Assembly: GCF_006345805.1 (NCBI RefSeq)
Contig: NC_043022.1
Location: 17,174,001-17,238,000, forward strand
DNA from: Octopus sinensis
Lineage: Eukaryota
Reading direction: 5' to 3'
Length of the DNA stretch: 64,000 bases
Position numbers and translations under genes: made by a program. Each line of letters begins with the position of its first letter. Position 1 is the stretch's first letter. Shown piece after piece: positions 37,853 to 50,499 of the stretch. The notes beneath the pieces are model-generated. The model saw nothing but the letters and a program-made list of their open reading frames with translations. It ran no database searches and was not told where the DNA came from.

Positions 37853-40800
37853 ATGAATGTTTACGTGAAACTTCGGCCACAAATTATCCGGAATCTCACT
37901 CAAATCGATGATGTTCTGGATTATTTACAGTCTGGTGAACATATCACAGAGAGCAATTATGAAAGTATAAGATCAGAAAAGAAAGACAGCGACAAAATTC
38001 GAGAAATGTTGAACATTTTAACAAAAAGAAGTTGTCCTCCTCAAACGTTCGTGAAGATTCTTTCCGAAACAGGAAACGAATCTTTAAAGAAACTATTCCA
38101 AGAACACTTACCGAAAATGGAAAGAGAAGTTGTTGAAGAAAAACCAATGCCACAAGCAAGAGACAAACGGAGAGTATTTATTCTGGAAGGTATGGACACA
38201 GACGAAAAATTACTTGAATGTTTTTCAAGAAAAAATCCAGACTGGGAAGTATCAAATCATTTAGGTTCTATAAACAAATTAAAGGAGGTAATTGGTTCCG
38301 TACCAGAGAATAAGTTCAGTTATTTTGATATTATTGTTTTATGCGATGAAGACTATAATTATATTACTAATGAAAGTCTGAAAACAATTTTGCCTCGTAT
38401 TGAAAAAGAACTCTTACCGGAGTTTCCACCAAGCATCATCACTTTTTTGATTATTGTTGATGGGAATGATGATAGTGGTTATGTTTTTCATTCCGACACA
38501 AAACCCGTGAGTTTTAGGGATGCTAAGATTCGCAAACCAGTCCTTAGAATATTGAAAATAAAGTTCTTGCATGGATTCCTAGAAGCTTTCTTAAAAAGTG
38601 AGGAAACGTTCAATATTTTCATTGATATAAAATTCCTATGGGAAAAAAGTCTTGGAGATAAGAAACCAGTAGAAGAAACAGGAGACAAAAGGAAAGTTTT
38701 TATTCTGGAAGGTTTGGAACAAGATGAAAAATTACACAAACATTTTGCAGAAAGAAATCCCGACTGGGATGTGTCTTTTATTTTAAACCAAAAGTCGTTA
38801 ATGCAACAAATTACTTCCATAGCTCTGAATGAATTTAGTTATTTTGATATTATTGTTTTATGCGATGAAGAGGGTAACCATATTACTAATGAAAGTCTGG
38901 AAACAATTTTGCCTCGTATTGAAAAAGAACTCTTACCAAAGTTTCCACCAAGCATCATCACTTTTTTGATTATTGTTGATGGGAATGATGATAACGGTTA
39001 TGTTTTTCATTCCGACACAAAACCTGTGAGTTTTGGTGATGCTCAGATTCCCAAACCCGTCTTCAGAATAGTGAAAAAGAATATTTTTGAAGACTACATA
39101 GAAGCTTTCTTCAGACACGATGAAATGTTCAATATCTTCATTGCTAAAAAATTCGATTTGGAAAGCAATTTTATGAAAAATAATCCATCGGAAGGAAAAA
39201 CAGATAAAAGGAAAATATTTATTGTGGAAGGTATGGAACAAGACGAAAAATTACACAAACATTTTGCAGAAAGAAATCCAGACTGGGATGTGTCTTTTAT
39301 TTTAGGCTCTCTAACCAAATTAAAGGAGAAAATTGCTTCCATAGCTCCAAATGAATTCAGTTATTTTGATATTATTGTTTTATGCGATGAAGAGGGTAAC
39401 CATATTACTAATGAAAGTCTGAACACAATTTTGGCTCGTCTTGAAAAAGAACTCTTACCAAAGTTTCCACCAAGCATCATCACTTTTTTGATTATTGTTG
39501 ATGGGAATGATGATAACGGTTATGTTTTTCATTCCGACACAAAACCTGTGAGTTTTGGTGATGTTCAGATTCCCAAACCCGTCTTCAGAATAGTGAAAGA
39601 GAATATTTTTGAAGACTACATAGAAGCTTTCTTCAGACATGATGAAATGTTCAATATCTTCATTGCTAAAAAATTCGATTTGGAAAACAATTTTCTGAAA
39701 AATAATCCATCGGAAGGAAAAACAGATAAAAGGAAAATATTTATTGTGGAAGGTCTAGAACAAGACGAAAAATTACACAAACATTTTGCAGAAAGAAATC
39801 CAGACTGGGATGTGTCTTTTATTTTAGGCTCTCTAACCAAATTAAAGGAGAAAATTGCTTCCATAGCTCCAAATGAATTCAGTTATTTTGATATTATTGT
39901 TTTATGCGATGAAGAGGGTAACCATATTACTAATGAAAGTCTGAAAACAATTTTGGCTCGTCTTGAAAAAGAACTCTTACCAAAGTTTCCACCAAGCATC
40001 ATCACTTTTTTGATTATTGTTGATGGGAATGATGATAACGGTTATGTTTTTCATTCCGACACAAAACCTGTGAGTTTTGGTGATGTTCAGATTCCCAAAC
40101 CCGTCTTCAGAATAGTGAAAAAGAATATTTTTGAAGACTACATAGAAGCTTTCTTCAGACATGATGAAATGTTCAATATCTTCATTGCTAAAAAATTCGA
40201 TTTGGAAAACAATTTTATGAAAAATAATCCATTGGAAGGAAAAACAGATAAAAGGAAAATATTTATTGTGGAAGGTCTGGAACAAGACGAAAAATTACAC
40301 AAACATTTTGCAGAAAGAAATCCAGACTGGGATGTGTCTTTTATTTTAGGCTCTCTAACCAAATTAAAGGAGAAAATTGCTTCCATAGCTCCAAATGAAT
40401 TCAGTTATTTTGATATTATTGTTTTATGCGATGAAGAGGGTAACCATATTACTAATGAAAGTCTGAACACAATTTTGGCTCGTCTTGAAAAAGAACTCTT
40501 ACCAAAGTTTCCACCAAGCATCATCACTTTTTTGATTATTGTTGATGGGAATGATGATAACGGTTATGTTTTTCATTCCGACACAAAACCTGTGAGTTTT
40601 GGTGATGTTCAGATTCCCAAACCCGTCTTCAGAATAGTGAAAGAGAATATTTTTGAAGACTACATAGAAGCTTTCTTCAGACATGATGAAATGTTCAATA
40701 TCTTCATTGCTAAAAAATTCGATTTGGAAAGCAATTTTCTGAAAAATAATCCATCGGAAGGAAAAACAGATAAAAGGAAAATATATATTGTGGAAGGTCT

Positions 40801-43800
40801 AGAACAAGACGAAAAATTACACAAACATTTTGCAGAAAGAAATCCAGACTGGGATGTGTCTTTTATTTTAGGCTCTCTAACCAAATTAAAGGAGAAAATT
40901 GCTTCCATAGCTCCAAATGAATTCAGTTATTTTGATATTATTGTTTTATGCGATGAAGAGGGTAACCATATTACTAATGAAAGTCTGAAAACAATTTTGG
41001 CTCGTATTGAAAAAGAACTCTTACCAAAGTTTCCACCAAGCATCATCACTTTTTTGATTATTGTTGATGGGAATGATGATAACGGTTATGTTTTTCATTC
41101 CAACACAAAACCTGTGAGTTTTGGTGATGCTCAGATTCCCAAACCCGTCTTCAGAATAGTGAAAAAGAATATTTTTGAAGACTACACAGAAGCTTTCTTC
41201 AGACACGATGAAATGTTCAATATCTTCATTGCTAAAAAATTCGATTTGGAAGCAATTTTATGAAAAATAATCCATCGGAAGGAAAAACAGATAAAAGGAA
41301 AATATTTATTGTGGAAGGTCTGGAACAAGACGAAAAATTACACAAACATTTTGCAGAAAGAAATCCAGACTGGGATGTGTCTTTTATTTTAGGCTCTCTA
41401 ACCAAATTAAAGGAGAAAATTGCTTCCATAGCTCCAAATGAATTCAGTTATTTTGATATTATTGTTTTATGCGATGAAGAGGGTAACCATATTACTAATG
41501 AAAGTCTGAAAACAATTTTGGCTCGTATTGAAAAAGAACTCTTACCAAAGTTTCCACCAAGCATCATCACTTTTTTGATTATTGTTGATGGGAATGATGA
41601 TAACGGTTATGTTTTTCATTCCGACACAAAACCTGTGAGTTTTGGTGATGCTCAGATTCCCAAACCCGTCTTCAGAATAGTGAAAAAGAATATTTTTGAA
41701 GACTACATAGAAGCTTTCTTCAGACATGATGAAATGTTCAATATCTTCATTGCTAAAAAATTCGATTTGGAAAACAATTTTATGAAAAATAATCCATCGG
41801 AAGGAAAAACAGATAAAAGGAAAATATTTATTGTGGAAGGTTTGGAACAAGACGAAAAATTACACAAACATTTTGCAGAAAGAAATCCAGACTGGGATGT
41901 GTCTTTTATTTTAGGCTCTCTAACCAAATTAAAGGAGAAAATTGCTTCCATAGCTCCAAATGAATTCAGTTATTTTGATATTATTGTTTTATGCGATGAA
42001 GAGGGTAACCATATTACTAATGAAAGTCTGAAAACAATTTTGGCTCGTCTTGAAAAAGAACTCTTACCAAAGTTTCCACCAAGCATCATCACTTTTTTGA
42101 TTATTGTTGATGGGAATGATGATAGTGGTTATGTTTTTCATTCCGACACAAAACCTGTGAGTTTTGGTGATGTTCAGATTCCCAAACCCGTCTTCAGAAT
42201 AGTGAAAAAGAATATTTTTGATGACTACATAGAAGCTTTCTTCAGACATGATGAAATGTTCAATATCTTCATTGCTAAAAAATTCGATTTGGAAAGCAAT
42301 TTTATGAAAAATAATCCATCGGAAGGAAAAACAGATAAAAGGAAAATATTTATTGTGGAAGGTCTGGAACAAGACGAAAAATTACACAAACATTTTGCAG
42401 AAAGAAATCCAGACTGGGATGTGTCTTTTATTTTAGGCTCTCTAACCAAATTAAAGGAGAAAATTGCTTCCATAGCTCCAAATGAATTCAGTTATTTTGA
42501 TATTATTGTTTTATGCGATGAAGAGGGTAACCATATTACTAATGAAAGTCTGAAAACAATTTTGGCTCGTATTGAAAAAGAACTCTTACCAAAGTTTCCA
42601 CCAAGCATCATCACTTTTTTGATTATTGTTGATGGGAATGATGATAACGGTTATGTTTTTCATTCCGACACAAAACCTGTGAGTTTTGGTGATGCTCAGA
42701 TTCCCAAACCCGTCTTCAGAATAGTGAAAAAGAATATTTTTGAAGACTACACAGAAGCTTTCTTCAGACACGATGAAATGTTCAATATCTTCATTGCTAA
42801 AAAATTCGATTTGGAAAGCAATTTTATGAAAAATAATCCATCGGAAGGAAAAACAGATAAAAGGAAAATATTTATTGTGGAAGGTCTGGAACAAGACGAA
42901 AAATTACACAAACATTTTGCAGAAAGAAATCCAGACTGGCATGTGTCTTTTATTTTAGGCTCTCTAACCAAATTAAAGGAGAAAATTGCTTCCATAGCTC
43001 TAAATGAATTCAGTTATTTTGATATTATTGTTTTATGCGATGATGAGGGTAACCATATTACTAATGAAAGTCTGAAAACAATTTTGGCTCGTCTTGAAAA
43101 AGAACTCTTACCAAAGTTTCCACCAAGCATCATCACTTTTTTGATTATTGTTGATGGGAATGATGATAACGGTTATGCTTTTCATTCCGACACAAAACCT
43201 GTGAGTTTTGGTGATGCTCAGATTCCCAAACCCGTCTTCAGAATAGTGAAAAAGAATATTTTTGAAGACTACATAGAAGCTTTCTTCAGACACGATGAAA
43301 TGTTCAATATCTTCATTGCTAAAAAATTCGATTTGGAAAACAATTTTCTGAAAAATAATCCATCGGAAGGAAAAACAGATAAAAGGAAAATATTTATTGT
43401 GGAAGGTCTGGAACAAGACGAAAAATTACACAAACATTTTGCAGAAAGAAATCCAGACTGGGATGTGTCTTTTATTTTAGGCTCTCTAACCAAATTAAAG
43501 GAGAAAATTGCTTCCATAGCTCCAAATGAATTCAGTTATTTTGATATTATTGTTTTATGCGATGAAGAGGGTAACCATATTACTAATGAAAGTCTGAAAA
43601 CAATTTTGGCTCGTATTGAAAAAGAACTCTTACCAAAGTTTCCACCAAGCATCATCACTTTTTTGATTATTATTGATGGGAATGATGATAACGGTTATGT
43701 TTTTCATTCTGACACAAAACCTGTGAGTTTTGGTGATGCTCAGATTCCCAAACCCGTCTTCAGAATAGTGAAAAAGAATATTTTTGAAGACTACACAGAA

Positions 43801-44376
43801 ACTTTCTTCAGACATGATGAAATGTTCAATATCTTCATTGCTAAAAAATTCGATTTGGAAAGTAATTTTCTGAAAAATAATCCATCGGAAGGAAAAACAG
43901 ATAAAAGGAAAATATTTATTGTGGAAGGTCTGGAACAAAACGAAATATTGCACGAACATTTTTCAAGAGATATTCCAGACTGGGATGTATCATTTATCTT
44001 AAACCAAAAGTCGTTAATGGAACAAATTGCTTCCATACCTATTAATGAATTTAGTTTTTTTGATATTATTGTTGTATGTGATGAAGACTCTAATGAGATT
44101 ACTAATGAAAGTCTGAGAACAATGCTATCCAATTATCCAACAAGCATCATCACATTTTTGATAACTGTTAATGAGATGGATGATAACAAAACTGAATCTC
44201 AGCCTGAGATTAACAATGATACTGAGGCTGTGATTGCATTATTGAAAAGGGAGTTTTTCCCTGAATTCTGGGATTCTTTCATTAAAAGTCTGGAAATGTT
44301 CAATGTTTTCATTCGAAAAGCTGATACAAGAAAACACCTCAGATTACAAGTTCATGGAAGAGAAAAGCTTTCGTGA
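37853..44376 (+). CDS. CARD + 12 caspase-like modules (paralogue 2); ~2174 aa if the 1-bp deletion at ~41250 is repaired, otherwise 1136 aa + 1038 aa split ORFs
   Basis: Module starts at 38165, 38687, 39206, 39728, 40250, 40772, 41293, 41815, 42337, 42859, 43381 and 43903. The period is 522 bp, except 519 bp (38687-39206) and 521 bp across the frameshift (ttggaagc versus ttggaaagc/ttggaaaac in other units). Confidence 0.85.
39206..43902 (+). repeat. Coding tandem array: nine near-identical 522-bp units
   Basis: Directly visible. Units differ at only a few recurrent sites. Confidence 0.97.
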
Positions 44377-45157
44377 ATCTTGGATTTTTAACTGATAAAT
44401 TAACATTTTATTATATACTAAAAGCTAATTAACACGGGCTAAAATTAAAAATGGCGCAAATTGTTTTAAATATTCTGGAATCAGAGACAATAATATATTG
44501 TTGTTTTATGGAAAGTAAGGAGACATAAGGTTTATATGAGATTGAATCTGACTAAAATATATCTTAGTAGCATAAATATTTTTCATTATTACCTTTCTGA
44601 AGTTCTTTTGCCTAACTTTTTCTGTGATGGACATATCTGCATTAATTCCTTTTATTCTGACTTTCTCACTGGCAGCCACACGGATGTAGCAAACAATTAT
44701 ACAGAATGGACATTTACAAACAAATTTTGCACTCACAACTAAAGAATCTTGAGTATTTCTTAAATATTGTAATGATTAACACTTTTATATTCTTAATAAA
44801 TGGCCATCTCAGTAATTAATTAATATTGTTCTTCATTCATTCCTTCAAAGCATTCCATTGCATCTTGCTAAGTGTATATGATAGATCGTTAGCCACTACA
44901 CACATTTTTTTCTCTCCTTGTTTCTCTCCTGAAAATTCCCTGGCTTTGGGTAAAAGAAAATATAGAAGGACCAGTTAATTATGATTTTATTGAACATATT
45001 CCCCTTTCAGATTCACACACTTATTGCAGCGGCCCTTCCATTTTTCTAAGCCCTGTAAAAGACCTCGGACGGTTGGGCCTCCAACCAGATCCTTCGTGAT
45101 ACACTAATCCCTCGCCGTGTCGCGGTTTATTCTTTAAGCTTACATCGATTCCTCCAT

Positions 45158-45735
45158 GGTGTTTGTTTTGTATTTATAATAAAATATATACAAATTATAA
45201 AAATGATTAAAAAATATACATAGGAGTGGCTGTGTGGTAAGTAGCTTGCTAACCAACCACATGGTTCCGGGTTCAGTCCCACTGCATGGCATCTTGGGCA
45301 AGTGTCTTCTGCTATAGCCCCAGGCCGACCAATGGATTTGGTAGACGGAAACTGAAAGAAGCCTGTCGTATATATGTATATATATATATATATATGTATG
45401 TGTGTTTGTGTGTCTGTGTTTGTCTCCCTAGCATTGCTTGACATCCGATGCTGGTGCGTTTATGTCCCCGTTACTTAGCGGTTCGGCAAAAAGAGACCGA
45501 TAGAATAAGTACTGGGCTTACAAAAGAATAAGTCCCGGTGTCGAGTTGCTCGATTGAAGGCGGTGCTCCAGCATGGCCGCAGTCAAATGACTGAAACAAG
45601 TAAAAGAGAGTAAAAAAGAGTATATATACAGTACTGTTTCTACTTTGTGGATTTTCCCCTATCACAGGGGGTTCCGGAACACAGCACCTACGATAGTCGA
45701 GGGATTAGCATATCCTGAAAACCAGGAACTTCCTC

Positions 45736-45769
<34 letters not shown>

Positions 45770-46496
45770 TGTGTGTGTATGTGTGTGTATTTTTGTGTGT
45801 GTAAAGACGTCTTAATGGTTAGGACGTTGCACTCCACATCACTAGATTAATGTTTTAATACCCTGGATGCTTATGAATTCAAGCAAAACACTTTCTTTCA
45901 CCTGAACCCCAGTCCACTCGGCTGCAAAGGGGTAAACCTGTAATGGAATGGCATTCTATTTGCCGGGAGTGGGGGGGATATGTTGGCTTCGTCCACCTGG
46001 GCAGCAGGGGGGTAACATTCAACAGCTACAACTGTGTGTAGAGGTGCATTGTAACCAGTGGTGTATAACAACAAAATGTCTGATACCCTGATATATATGT
46101 GTGTGTGTGTGTGTGTATGTATAAAGGAGAAAAGAAAATGGAGATAAGGAAGTTAAGAATTGTTTATTATCAACAGCAAACTGGTCATGTCAAAATAAAT
46201 GGATAAGCCCACATAATATAACATCCAAAGTTATGTTTTTTTCCTCTGATGAAATTACACTCCTGACACGTAAATGTAAATTTGTAATTAGATTATTGAG
46301 TATTGATTGAAACGGGTTGTAAGAATCGAAGATGACCAGTTTGCTTTTTGCTGAACTGCTACATCACAGTGACCTAAATACACTGATACCAGTTGTCAGG
46401 TGGTGGCGGAGGGAAACACACACGCATCAGCCTGTGGTTATATACACTGGTCAGCCCGAGGCTACATACAGAAGTCACTTGCACAGGGTGTTATTA
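45158..46496 (+). repeat. Orphan duplicate of the gene-2 distal upstream block with a SINE inserted at 45221-45620
   Basis: Matches 36660-37576 at an offset of ~8.5 kb. It ends where a (CAT)n SINE tail meets the catcatcg site and is not followed by the proximal block or a CARD ORF. Confidence 0.85.
45221..45620 (+). mobile_element. tRNA-derived SINE inserted after the segmental duplication
   Basis: Absent from the orthologous aaaaaatatacatatatatacagtac site at ~36715-36735. Confidence 0.85.
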
Positions 46497-46860
46497 TCAT
46501 CATCATCATCATCATCGTTTAACGTCCGCTTTCCATGCTAGCATGGGTTGGATGATTTGACTGAGGACTGGCGAACCAGATGGATGCACCAGGCTCCAAT
46601 CTTGAACTGGCAGAATTTCTACAGCTGGAAGCCCTTCCTAACGCCAACCACTCTGAGAGTGTAGTGGGTGCTTTTACGTGTCACTGGCAATGACAGCGCT
46701 CGAATCTTTTACAGATGCCACCAGCACAGGTGCCAGTAAGGCGACACAGGTAACAATCACGCTCGGATGGTGTCTTTTACATGCCACTGGCTCAGAGGCC
46801 AGTTAGCCGCTTTGGCAACGATCATGCTCGGATGGTGCTCTTAACACCCTACTAGCACGG
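46495..46860 (-). mobile_element. (GAT)n-tailed SINE
   Basis: catcatcgtttaacgtccgctttccatgctagcatgggttgg... Confidence 0.8.
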
Positions 46861-46879
46861 GGCTTGAGAGCCTTGTGAG

Positions 46880-47400
46880 GAATGGAATGTTTGAGCATAA
46901 GTACTGATAAGGTTAACAGGCCCATCAGAAGTGTGCAATTGAAATGGGAATATCCACTATGAACCGTCACTGTTGAGTTCTACCAACTTTAGCAGAGTTC
47001 TTCATGGCAAAGCCAACATCATGCTCCCTTGCCAGATAAAGCTATAGTCTCTTTCACGAAGGGTTCCCAAATCTGGAACCCACATTTCCTGGAGTGCTGC
47101 AATGTCCACTCGGAGTCATAAGCAGTCTGTTGTTGATCATTGCTGTCTTGCATGTGTCACTGATCTTTTGAAAGTCCTTACCTTCCAACATCCAGGCCAG
47201 ACTGAATGCTGGCTTTTTGTGTTGCTTGCTTGCCTGTTTCTTTGTTTTTCTTGGTGCAATGTTTGCAGCTCACAAATCGGGATCGTAGTTTCCCTAAGGT
47301 CCACGCACCCGATGGAGCTGGTGGGCTGTGATGGGAGAATACCTAAACTGGCTGTGAGCTGCCCAGCTTGAGGCAAGTGGTAGCTGTCCAGTGAGGCACA
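46880..47400 (-). mobile_element. RTE LINE 5' fragment, degenerate
   Basis: Minus-strand DYSFIWQG..HDVGFAMKN...LISTYAQT endonuclease-like motifs with stops. Confidence 0.55.
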
Positions 47401-49242
47401 ATGGCCTCTCCCTCCATCAAAAGTAGCCCCCCCATGCCTTGCTCTTACACCAATTATGTGCAGGCTTAAACCCGTAGAATAATATGGTTAGACAGCGCTG
47501 GAGTGTTCTCTCCAGAGTGCAGGCCTGGGCAGTTTTTCGTGGGAGATCAGCAGTTGCCCCAACCTCTTCTCTGCCACCAGTGTTATCCAAGCGAAGGGCA
47601 GGGGCCAATACAACTTGGCATCAGCGAGGCCACAGGAATGGCCAGAGGGAGGTCTACAGCATTGAACTGCCTTAGAAATTCCGGCTCCTGATTTATCCTC
47701 AGGGTTTACTCCTGAAGCCTTTCCCTTAAGTGGGTATTGCCTCAAGGCAGTGGGGCTGTTATTTATCGCTGCTGTTTTAAGAGGGTAAGGGTTCAATAAG
47801 CAGCATAACTAATTACAAGAGTGGCTTATTTGGGTGGCTGAGTTCACCTGCACTTTCACAGGTCTTGTATTTAACCCTTCAGGGTGACCAAATAGCCAGA
47901 AAAGCACCCTCTTCACAAAGCAAATTCTGTGGGGTTCCCAGCTTAGTCACTGATGTCCCAACATCTGGCATCTGTGGAGAAAGAAAAGAAAGAAGGTAGT
48001 AGAGGAAAGAGGAATCAGAAACAAGAATACAGATACCTGTAAAAAGAAAACAAGAATACACAGTGGTAGTTCTAAGCAGACTACAGTTTGGCCTGTTACT
48101 ATGGAAACAGGCACCAATGTGTCTATGGCTTTTGATTGGCTAAATTTTGCACCTTATAAAAGCTATTAACTTATTAGTCATTAATTTATGGCAAAAATGA
48201 ATTTTATGTTCCAAATTAGCATACAAAACTACACCAATTTTGAAAACAATTGGAACAAAATTTTAAAACAAAAAGAGAAATAGCAACGTTACATGACGTA
48301 GTTGGTGGGTATTGTTTTTTTTAAAATCGTAATTAGAGCACCTGTGCATCGTAATAAGGTGATAAATATGTTTACTGTATGTATACCATAGATACATTGG
48401 ACATTCTGTTTATGAATGCATATAATAAACATATTTGGTATCACTGACAATTTCAGCCCATTTTACGATGCATTAGTGCTCTAATTATAAATGAAAAACA
48501 TCAATAACTCCAACAACACCATTTAATGTCCTTTCCTTCCTGAGATTATGGAATAGTTTAAAGAGGATTTGGCTGCTATTTCTAGCAGATTGAGAGACCA
48601 CATAATAGGTTTCATCTCGTCTTTGCTAGTTTCCATGAGAACCGACAGTTCTCATCGATGTCTTAAATTGTTTGGGAGATAAATAAGTCGACTTATTGTT
48701 AAACAACGGAGTCCTTGGTTGTAGCCACCAAAAAGGGAACGAAAGTCTTTTTTCTTTTATTATTATTTTTGGTCCAGAATTCCTCGATATGAATTCGTGT
48801 AAATATGACAAGAATTAATGGTACTTTTTGGTTATATCACCCCCATTAAAAAATTGGCATATGTCCCTACTAAAAATCAAGTTAATGTAGTGATAGATTG
48901 GATCAAAAGAGACCTTTTTGACTCAATACATCAACACGTTTTTGACGTTTGGCATCCTCAATAGGCATTCGAGGATTTCTTGTAAAAAATATTATCAGAC
49001 TCAGTAAGATGTTTAATTTTTTTTGGTTTCCATATTTATTTATTTTTTCTGTTTTCATGTTTATTACTGTTTTTTTTTCAGTTTTGTATGATTTGTTATA
49101 AAAATATCAGATTCAAAACGATGTTTCATCGTTTCACTTTTTACGTTTATTAATTTTTTTCACTTTTTTTTTTGTTCTATTGAGGGTTAAGCAATATTTT
49201 TAGTTGAAGGAGACAACCACAAAAAGTACCGATATTTCTTTT

Positions 49243-49674
49243 GGCGATCTTTCGTCTCTAGTAGACCTTTCCGTCGATTTCCGTAAAAAAAATTTTTTTT
49301 TACATATGGGCTTGCGGGAACTTTTGAAGTAATATACATACATATACACATACACCGAGTAAAAAATTTCAGTTATCTCTTCCTTTCACACATTACTCTG
49401 TCTCTTCACACACACTAACAGAAGCACTTCACTTACACAACATACTGTCTGTCTCCCACACCCCATCAAACACACACACACACGCACGCACACACACATG
49501 TCCATCAATGCTCCCATGCACGGTAACTTCAAAAGAACTTCCCTCGTCATACAATCGCTTTCTCTTAGTTTCTTTCGCTCTCATTACTTCAAAAGTTCCC
49601 GCAAGCCCATATGTAAAAAATAAAAAAATTTTACGGAAATCGACGGAAAGGTCTACTAGAGACGAAAGATTGCC
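49243..49674. mobile_element. MITE-like element with ~90-bp inverted arms
   Basis: ggcgatctttcgtctctagtagacctttccgtcgatttccgtaaaa...gggcttgcgggaacttttgaagtaat pairs with attacttcaaaagttcccgcaagccc...gtctactagagacgaaagattgcc. Confidence 0.8.
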
Positions 49675-50499
49675 TAATTTGACATTCCAAATTGACTCTG
49701 TAATTTTCTTTCCACCCGCATTCACATATTCGCATTTTGCGCAGGGACGTCCTTATTCGCGGTTTCTACAAAGTTCTCCTGATGCACAATCACTTCGTGA
49801 GTGTACATGCTGTTATTTAGTTGTTAATCCCCCTTCAATTTTTATTTACTTGTTTAAACATCCGAAACTGAAAGATTACCGGATAAAATTACGTAACTTT
49901 AAATTGTAATTTCTTTATTATTAACTGAGATTAGGCCTCGAAACCGGTTTTATATTATGATCAGTAAAACCGAAACCGATTTGCCAAAATCGATTTTAAG
50001 GCTTGCTATTTCGGATATTTTCAATAAAAGATGTTTTATGTAACACATTCTACCAGTATACGAAGTTTAAAAGTGTTTAGTTACAAATAACTATTTTTTA
50101 AATATGCCGGTCAAAGTGAAAAGATCCGCTGCTTCTTTTTTTTTTTTTTTTTTTCGCAAAACATTTCTCCATTTTTTCTTTTCAATAAATATCCTTGAAA
50201 CTGAACTAACTGAACTGTTGTCGGTCGCCTTTAGTTGAGAGTGCTGTCTGTTTCATTGAAACATATCGCAACATATCAATTCTCACCATCTTTCCCCTTG
50301 AACCTTAGATCAGCACCTTGTCATCTCCTTCGCTAACCCCTGGCTGACTCTTTGAATTTGCTGGTAACTGAGTTTATTAATAGCAAGTCAAGGGATGCTG
50401 TTAGTCTTCAGTCGGGTGATCATTCCCGTTGAGCATATGTAATAACCAGTTCCAGAGTCATTTCAAGGAAGTAACACTAAATTTTTTGATCGCTATAAC

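Noticed and set aside
38165-38686. Horizontal transfer of a bacterial response-regulator gene
   Set aside because: The receiver-like resemblance is only a fold-level alternative. The unit is longer than a REC domain, has a variable linker with a conserved C-terminal part, and is fused to a metazoan CARD. Kept only as a competing fold hypothesis.
41230-41263. Programmed -1 ribosomal frameshift joining the two gene-2 ORFs
   Set aside because: No in-frame X XXY YYZ slippery heptamer at the shift point, and the same context in the other units simply has the extra A.
39206-43902. CRISPR-like or satellite interpretation of the regular array (also considered for the 9-mer at 24675 and the anchored minisatellite)
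   Set aside because: There is no repeat-unique-spacer structure, the units are in-frame protein domains, the context is eukaryotic and no cas genes are present.
38488-44132. Repeating minus-strand ORFs (MEAIFSF..., MFQTFHNK...)
   Set aside because: Antisense shadows of the 522-bp coding array with no independent signals.
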